A stretch of DNA of 40,813 nucleotides, from positions 1-40,813 of IMG/VR virus record IMGVR_UViG_3300043447_000352. One strand, 5' to 3'. The DNA comes from a virus. Lineage: Duplodnaviria; Caudoviricetes. Positions within the stretch are counted from its first letter, which is position 1, and every line of letters begins with the position of its first letter. Position numbers and translations under genes: made by a program. This document shows, one piece after another, positions 36,701 to 40,813 of this stretch. Under the pieces are notes generated by a model. It made no database searches. It saw only the letters and a list, made by a program, of their open reading frames with translations, and was not told where the DNA came from.

Positions 36701-38061
36701 TTTGCCGGTACATCAGAATCGGCAGGAGCATTGATAGCGTCTTCAGTTTCCGCAGCGGCAGTTAGACCGTGACGGTCTTTAACAAACTTCTTGTCATACT
36801 TCTTTAGGCCCTTAGGGTCATCAGCGTGAAGTTTGTATGATGCACGGGAGCTAGCCACAAACTTAGGGTAGTCAGTGATAAGAGCGTGTAAGTCTGACTT
36901 GGTTAGGGCTTTCATTGTGCCAGGCAGCTGTGCCTTAGGCATGTTTGACGGAGTTCTAGGTTCAGCAAGAATGCCATCAAAGTTAATTGGAGGCATATTA
37001 TCTCTGTTTAGAACAGTAGGAGCATCTGCATCTTTTTCAGCTTCAGTAAACTTCGAGTCAACTGAAATGCTCTTGCCACTGTCAAGTCTGACTTTGACTT
37101 TTCCAGTTTTGTAGTCAACTGACTCGATCGTTCCAGATCCGCGCTCTCTGTCACCAGCTACTACAGTTCTAGATCCAACCTTAACGAATTCGCCGTTGGC
37201 GTTTCTTGGCTGGCTAGATGCGATAGATGAACGCTCTTCAGGAGTGTATGTTCCGTCCTTATTGGTTGGCGCGTCACCAGCAGCTAGCAGGACGCGGTCA
37301 ATCATTGTGAAGTCTTCCTCCGAGAGACCTTCAGACATTAGTCGGGTCTCCTCTGGGTCAATCTCGTCTAGAGTAACAGCCTGGAATGGACGTTCTTGCA
37401 TAAAAGCAGAAATGATGATTGCAGATGACGGGTCAATCAGTACGTGAGTCTTCTCTACGATGTCACTAGGATCATCCAGAGCAGCATCGTATGAGTACAC
37501 ATCACCATCGACGTGTCCCATGTTGTCCCAGCCAGCGCCATCCCATAGGTATACCTGTCCGTCGACCTCTACCTTGTAGAGTCGGTCGATGCCGGAGTTG
37601 TCTAGGCGAACACGGGCCATAAATTCTGGGCCCATGTATGGGTCAAGTTCGTGAGCCATCTTGAATGCATCTAGCTCGTTGTAGTCTTCGTGGTTGTCTA
37701 CAAAACCATAAGCGCCGCCAGCAGTAGTAGCCTGCTTCTTGTTCTCGCGCTCGACGATTGATGATGCCCAACGCTGGGCAGCGTCGCCACCCCAGAGAGC
37801 CCATGCAATGCGGCCATTTGATGGAAACTTATCTTCGCCTGGTGCCCAGCCCTTGCCCTTTTTGTCAACTTCGTGACGAGGGAAGTACTTGGCAATGTGA
37901 CGGATCTTCTCGATACCAATTTGCCCGCCCTTAGCTAGGGTGCGAGCAGTGTTCAAGCCAACAGGCGTGCCTCCACGCTTGTGCTCTTTTCTCCACTCTA
38001 GGGCTTTCTTTGCTTCCTTCTGAACGCCCCCAGGAATGGTATAAAGTTTAGAATTTGACAC
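33748..38061 (-). CDS. Multidomain capsid maturation protease polyprotein
   Basis: Directly upstream of the major capsid gene; protease-like ESGDGR..LPVPLLW..GHDGSVVVG..GVSVD..IVAKPAF and a second HIAAW..GGHA..SGDWR..VNVPGFP domain, plus many accessory modules. Confidence 0.8.
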   Translation of the reverse strand: MSNSKLYTIPGGVQKEAKKALEWRKEHKRGGTPVGLNTARTLAKGGQIGIEKIRHIAKYFPRHEVDKKGKGWAPGEDKFPSNGRIAWALWGGDAAQRWASSIVERENKKQATTAGGAYGFVDNHEDYNELDAFKMAHELDPYMGPEFMARVRLDNSGIDRLYKVEVDGQVYLWDGAGWDNMGHVDGDVYSYDAALDDPSDIVEKTHVLIDPSSAIIISAFMQERPFQAVTLDEIDPEETRLMSEGLSEEDFTMIDRVLLAAGDAPTNKDGTYTPEERSSIASSQPRNANGEFVKVGSRTVVAGDRERGSGTIESVDYKTGKVKVRLDSGKSISVDSKFTEAEKDADAPTVLNRDNMPPINFDGILAEPRTPSNMPKAQLPGTMKALTKSDLHALITDYPKFVASSRASYKLHADDPKGLKKYDKKFVKDRHGLTAAAETEDAINAPADSDVPAKYLALVSPDDHSAVMDLVALVPASKTSTEPATFVRQDGKWIPSPQVLMDLKSFSPPPVVTLEDQEVLNDVLLQVDDKALVQASGYDFSTFWEKVVEPILAAGGLDRNRGNAEELRRYWTTGKGALKIRWGTPGDWTRCVRNLSKYMGPRAKGYCQLRHKDATGLYTGSKLNPGRKNRSFTAVENLYVSEEAFTEAVIEKSRLSALAADAREKIGLVASVRAESGASFTIPMLVPEEVESGDGRKFREGAISTRDLPVPLLWQIKTGAGHDGSVVVGRIDYIERIEGGLGNAYGVFDNGPYGREAERLVRYGFLRGVSVDLDQFEAKEEKKPESEEMSEGGGQEFGKDKLTINKARVMAATIVAKPAFQECSILLQAEGDQEENVTPEDGVYEESMQDFADVEPITASGFLKSEIPMTPPADWFKHPGLTKATPLTVTDDGRVYGHIAAWNVNHIGLPRATKPPRSRSKYAYFHTGVIRTDAGNDVPVGQLTLAGGHAPLNVDAMTAAKHYDDTASAVADIHVGEDEYGIWCAGSLRPNLDELQIRALRASAPSGDWRPINGSLELVAICQVNVPGFPTARAMIASGKVLALVAAGASYMAMMKCSGVACALSTKAEMLGELAASAPDLKGRVKEAKKALRAANMQALTASAAELREKTLTAAAVTELAKIPEEERMALAKEGKAMPDGAYPIRNVEDLKNAIQAYGRAKASERREVRKHIIKQARKLKQEVLIPQHWKNADSAEAESIVAAMRAKLEAVVAAAPKAEEISDADLKKLKDAKSEADKQTEEEIKLAEDIKAGKTTVEDKFDEEGRTKYESGVNQPRDAKGKYRTVLARLKQNLGVAGLAKALEKAEAAENLDFAGDYAASVDASTELLGMIDRLDSGALNARALENVRLTAGELGKTIANLPLPFGKEADKIKFSDLPTGLKDLIDSMITRVEAKIGKKDADIATQDLRSYMSGADVYSQGEVQSQMSKLLRLLT

Positions 38062-38063
38062 TA

Positions 38064-38435
38064 TTACTCCTGGTTAGAGCTCTCCAGCTCTACGTTGATC
38101 TTGTGGGCGTACTTTTCTAGGTCACTGGCTTCAAGCTTTTCCCCGTTGTCCCATGCCTGAACTAGTTGGTGCTCCCACTCCTGACCATTCGCAGGGTTAG
38201 GGTTGATAATCGGTTCCTTGTCCCAATCGATCTTCCATACATCATAATCTTCGCTGTTTAGATAGCCGACGAGCTCCTCGTCGGTTCTAGGCACTAGGTC
38301 CCAGTCGCCATCACGGCGCATGGCTGTGCCGAACAAGTTAAATGTAATAATGGCGTCGACAGTGCCAGTCTCTTTGTTCGCATAGCAGTAAAGGGAAACT
38401 AGTTCCGAATCTGCATATTTAGTATCTTCAGCCAT
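38064..38435 (-). CDS. Hypothetical acidic protein
   Basis: 123 aa, RBS AGGA, stop 2 nt before the protease start. Confidence 0.8.
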   Translation of the reverse strand: MAEDTKYADSELVSLYCYANKETGTVDAIITFNLFGTAMRRDGDWDLVPRTDEELVGYLNSEDYDVWKIDWDKEPIINPNPANGQEWEHQLVQAWDNGEKLEASDLEKYAHKINVELESSNQE

Positions 38436-38477
38436 CTTTTTCCTAATCGATAGTTGGCAAAACCAGCATCAAGTATT

Positions 38478-38486
38478 ATTTTACCA
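38478..38486 (-). promoter_or_regulatory. Extended -10 promoter TGGTAAAAT
   Basis: In an AT-rich intergenic region upstream of the 123-aa/protease genes. Confidence 0.6.
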
Positions 38487-38501
38487 TAATATTTGATTTA
38501 A

Positions 38502-38681
38502 CTAGTCTTTGAGTTCCTTAACTAGACGCATTCCATAGTACTCTTTAAGCTCTGGAACTAGTGTGACGAGCTGTGCAACCTCGTCTAGAGGTAGAGAATC
38601 TAGGTCGATTCGCTCTTCTATCGGTCCATCTTCTGTGTCGATGGTTACGTGAATTACGTTTTCTTTAGTATTTTCATCCAT
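38502..38681 (-). CDS. Small acidic hypothetical protein (59 aa; below the ORF-track cutoff)
   Basis: MDENTKENVIHVTIDTEDGPIEERIDLDSLPLDEVAQLVTLVPELKEYYGMRLVKELKD; AAGGTAGG upstream; fills the gap with typical codon usage. Confidence 0.75.
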   Translation of the reverse strand: MDENTKENVIHVTIDTEDGPIEERIDLDSLPLDEVAQLVTLVPELKEYYGMRLVKELKD

Positions 38682-38695
38682 AAGTAAACCCTACC

Positions 38696-40813
38696 TTAGT
38701 CCTTAGCCTTCTTCTCTACTTCTTCCACATTACTAGATGAAAGAATACCAGATTCAACCAAGAAGTCCTTAAAGACTTCGCTTGCCTCTCCGGTTTGTAG
38801 GAACTTAGAGAATGATTCTGCAAAGTGCTCGCCGTAGCTACTCTCGCCGTAACGGGTAATCTTTTCGGCTGCAACCTTGGCATATCTAGGGTTAGTCTTA
38901 AATCCAAAGATGTTGATGAAGTTTTGGATTGTGTGACCAAATTCGTGAGCAATAACGTGAGTGAATGGAGTTCCGAAGAATGCATCCTCTGTTAGTCCAC
39001 CACCGCGAAGCGCCTCGCCGTTAACCAAAATTGTTGTGCTGAAGCTTCCATCGCTCTTAGGTAGGGCAATGTTGACTCCAAGTACACCACGAGGAGCAAT
39101 GCCGCCTGCAGATCGGTAGAGTGCAGAGAACTTAGATTCCTTGGATACGAGTCTGATTCCGTGGTCCATAGTTCCGAATGAGTCTGCGATTCCCTGGTCA
39201 GTTAGGAACTTGTCAATAGACTGAATAGTTCCGAAGTAGTCAGTTAGCTCAGACTCAGGGAATGCTGGGATAAGCTTACCGTTCGGGCCAATCTCCAAGT
39301 CAACCGAGACGTCGCGGATTGCTCCATCTGTCTTCTTGTACTTAGCTGGCTCTTTTAGGATTTCAGCAATCATCTGCTGCTTAGTCATACCAAAGAATCC
39401 GCGCTGCTTTGAGTGCTTTAGCTCTAGCAGTGTGCGAATCTCAGAATCGGTTAGGTCTGGGTACTCTAGTCTCGCGGCTTCCATAAGCTTTGAGAGTTCG
39501 CCAGCGTTGAAGTATGAAGTTGCATTAAGGGACGAAGCGTCAAACTCCCAGTTAGGGAACTTGTCTTTCAAGTCGGAGGCTAGCTCATCGATTTCGTTCT
39601 GAACTTCTTCGTTTAGCGCAAGCTGCTGTTCAGCATTACGCTTTGAGTTAACTGGAACGTTGAAGTCTAGGCCAACTGTCTTAGGGCGCTCGATTGTGTT
39701 CGGGTCTGTCTCGAACTCGATTGCATCCAAGTCGAAGTCTGGGTCGGACTCGTCGGTATCCGCGACAATCTGCTTAGTAGGCTTGGCTGCTTCAACATTG
39801 CTGGTGATTAGCTTAGGGCCGCGCTGTTCGCCGCTTGCGATAGCCGCCTTTTTGACTTCCCCGTCCTTGTTGATGTAGAGAACTCCAAAGCCCTTCTTGC
39901 CATCTTTACCGACAATTGGGACAGATTCGACTACAACACCTAGGTTAGAGCCATCCTTGCTGTAGAAGTTATCGCCTGGAACTAGGTCGTCAACCTTAGA
40001 GATTCTGTCTGGAATAGTTGTCTGTCCAGGGAATCTTAGGGTGCCAGGTGTATAGAATACTCCACGCTCTTCACGGAGACGAGCACCAGATACACGACCC
40101 TTATAGGTGGTTAGCTCAGTCTTCTGATCCTTAAGGATAGCCAAGCTAGTTGAAGGTAGAGATGTTCTCTTACCATTTGCATCGATTACGGTTACGTAGT
40201 CACCATAGTCAAAGATGTCATCGCTCTGAGCAGGGCTAGCAGTGTTTACTTTCTGCTTACCAATTACGCGAACAATTGACTTTTCCTTGATGTTGTTTTC
40301 GTACTCAACAACCTGACCGACCTCAAGTGAGGTAACTTTATCCTTCGATGACCAAGGGACTGCTCGGTTCTCTGGAGTATCTAGAAGGTTCTGCTGTACA
40401 GCCTTAGACGCCATGGTCACGGCCATACCGAAGCTTCTCTTGTCTTCCTCCGGGAAACGCTCGGCGAACAACTCTCTAATAGCTGTTCTAGCTTCTTCAT
40501 GGGTCTGCTCGTCTACAGGTAGACGCCCGAATACTGCACGAAGTCGAGCTTCTAGAGCTTCTCGATCCTTGTTTTGGTAAGCCTCGAATGTGCTAGGAAC
40601 TTCCTGCTCTAGGAGTGTTCCATTAACCGGATTGATTCGCTGGGCATACCCGGTAGAGTAGTACTTTGCGCTTTCGGTGATAGTCTTGGTTCTACCCTGA
40701 TACTTGAAGTATAGGGAACGCTCTAGAACGTCGTTAGCGTGAACAGCTGTGTCGAAAGTTGGGCTGTACTTACGAGTCTCTTTACCGGTGAGAATGTCAG
40801 CAAGAACTTCTGG
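38696..40813 (-). CDS. C-terminal >705 aa of a large protein ending in a zincin metallopeptidase domain (5'-truncated)
   Basis: Frame open to the window edge (PEVLADILTG...); HVIAHEFGH, ITRYG, EHFAESF; SH3/Tudor-like repeats (SLEVGQVV, DLVPGD). Confidence 0.8.
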   Translation of the reverse strand, partial: PEVLADILTGKETRKYSPTFDTAVHANDVLERSLYFKYQGRTKTITESAKYYSTGYAQRINPVNGTLLEQEVPSTFEAYQNKDREALEARLRAVFGRLPVDEQTHEEARTAIRELFAERFPEEDKRSFGMAVTMASKAVQQNLLDTPENRAVPWSSKDKVTSLEVGQVVEYENNIKEKSIVRVIGKQKVNTASPAQSDDIFDYGDYVTVIDANGKRTSLPSTSLAILKDQKTELTTYKGRVSGARLREERGVFYTPGTLRFPGQTTIPDRISKVDDLVPGDNFYSKDGSNLGVVVESVPIVGKDGKKGFGVLYINKDGEVKKAAIASGEQRGPKLITSNVEAAKPTKQIVADTDESDPDFDLDAIEFETDPNTIERPKTVGLDFNVPVNSKRNAEQQLALNEEVQNEIDELASDLKDKFPNWEFDASSLNATSYFNAGELSKLMEAARLEYPDLTDSEIRTLLELKHSKQRGFFGMTKQQMIAEILKEPAKYKKTDGAIRDVSVDLEIGPNGKLIPAFPESELTDYFGTIQSIDKFLTDQGIADSFGTMDHGIRLVSKESKFSALYRSAGGIAPRGVLGVNIALPKSDGSFSTTILVNGEALRGGGLTEDAFFGTPFTHVIAHEFGHTIQNFINIFGFKTNPRYAKVAAEKITRYGESSYGEHFAESFSKFLQTGEASEVFKDFLVESGILSSSNVEEVEKKAKD

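Larger units (their letters stand above)
1..40813. mobile_element. Internal fragment of a tailed dsDNA phage genome (siphovirus-type tail, probable actinobacteriophage)
   Basis: Contiguous head, neck, tail and replication modules; dense coding with 1-11 bp overlaps; WhiB gene; no host housekeeping genes, integrase or repressor in the window. Confidence 0.97.

Noticed and set aside
1123-39878. Numerous antisense or alternate-frame ORFs of 60-164 aa in the track (e.g. 5220-5600, 13904-14275, 24617-25111, 33196-33558)
   Set aside because: They lie wholly within well-supported genes and are mostly Ser-rich mirror translations with no RBS or motifs.
39960-40340. Intein/Hint domain suggested by DLVPGD and SLEVGQ
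   Set aside because: No N-terminal Cys block, TxxH or terminal HN motif; more like SH3/Tudor repeats.
1-40813. TAG stop-codon reassignment, suggested by the abundance of TAG/CTAG
   Set aside because: Genes are full-length in the standard code, and TAG terminates several of them (e.g. at 1969, 4372, 7048, 10170).

Overview
A 40.8-kb internal fragment of a tailed dsDNA phage with a siphovirus-type tail. The host is probably actinobacterial (WhiB gene, AGAAAG-type RBSs, TGnTAnnnT and leaderless promoters), and moderate GC with heavy CTA/CTAG use hints at a freshwater Microbacteriaceae-like host (inference). The + strand arm (1-7051) carries a 5'-truncated D5/P4-type primase-helicase, an HTH plus metallophosphoesterase pair, and a glycosylation/sulfation cassette: GT-A, sulfotransferase-like protein, APS kinase fused to a small HIGH domain, DUF2061-like protein and GT2-TPR. 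The rest reads leftwards on the - strand. It starts with the C-terminal >705 aa of a large zincin-tipped protein, then a 1437-aa modular capsid protease polyprotein and Rosebush-type hexamer/pentamer capsid genes. Next come the neck, tail tube, frameshifted tail chaperone, tape measure, Dit, Tal-like and tail-fibre genes. These are followed by PolA, RuvC-like resolvase, SNF2 helicase, Cas4-like nuclease, Sak4, SSB, a T4 beta-glucosyltransferase-like GT-B protein, a DenV-like protein and a WhiB-Zn-ribbon fusion. No tRNA, CRISPR, integrase, terminase, portal or lysis gene was seen. Best novelty candidates: a minimal PAPS synthase + sulfotransferase + glycosyltransferase system, the BGT-like gene, and the protease-cleaved head polyprotein/zincin cargo region. 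All family calls come from motif recognition by eye; no database searches were run.
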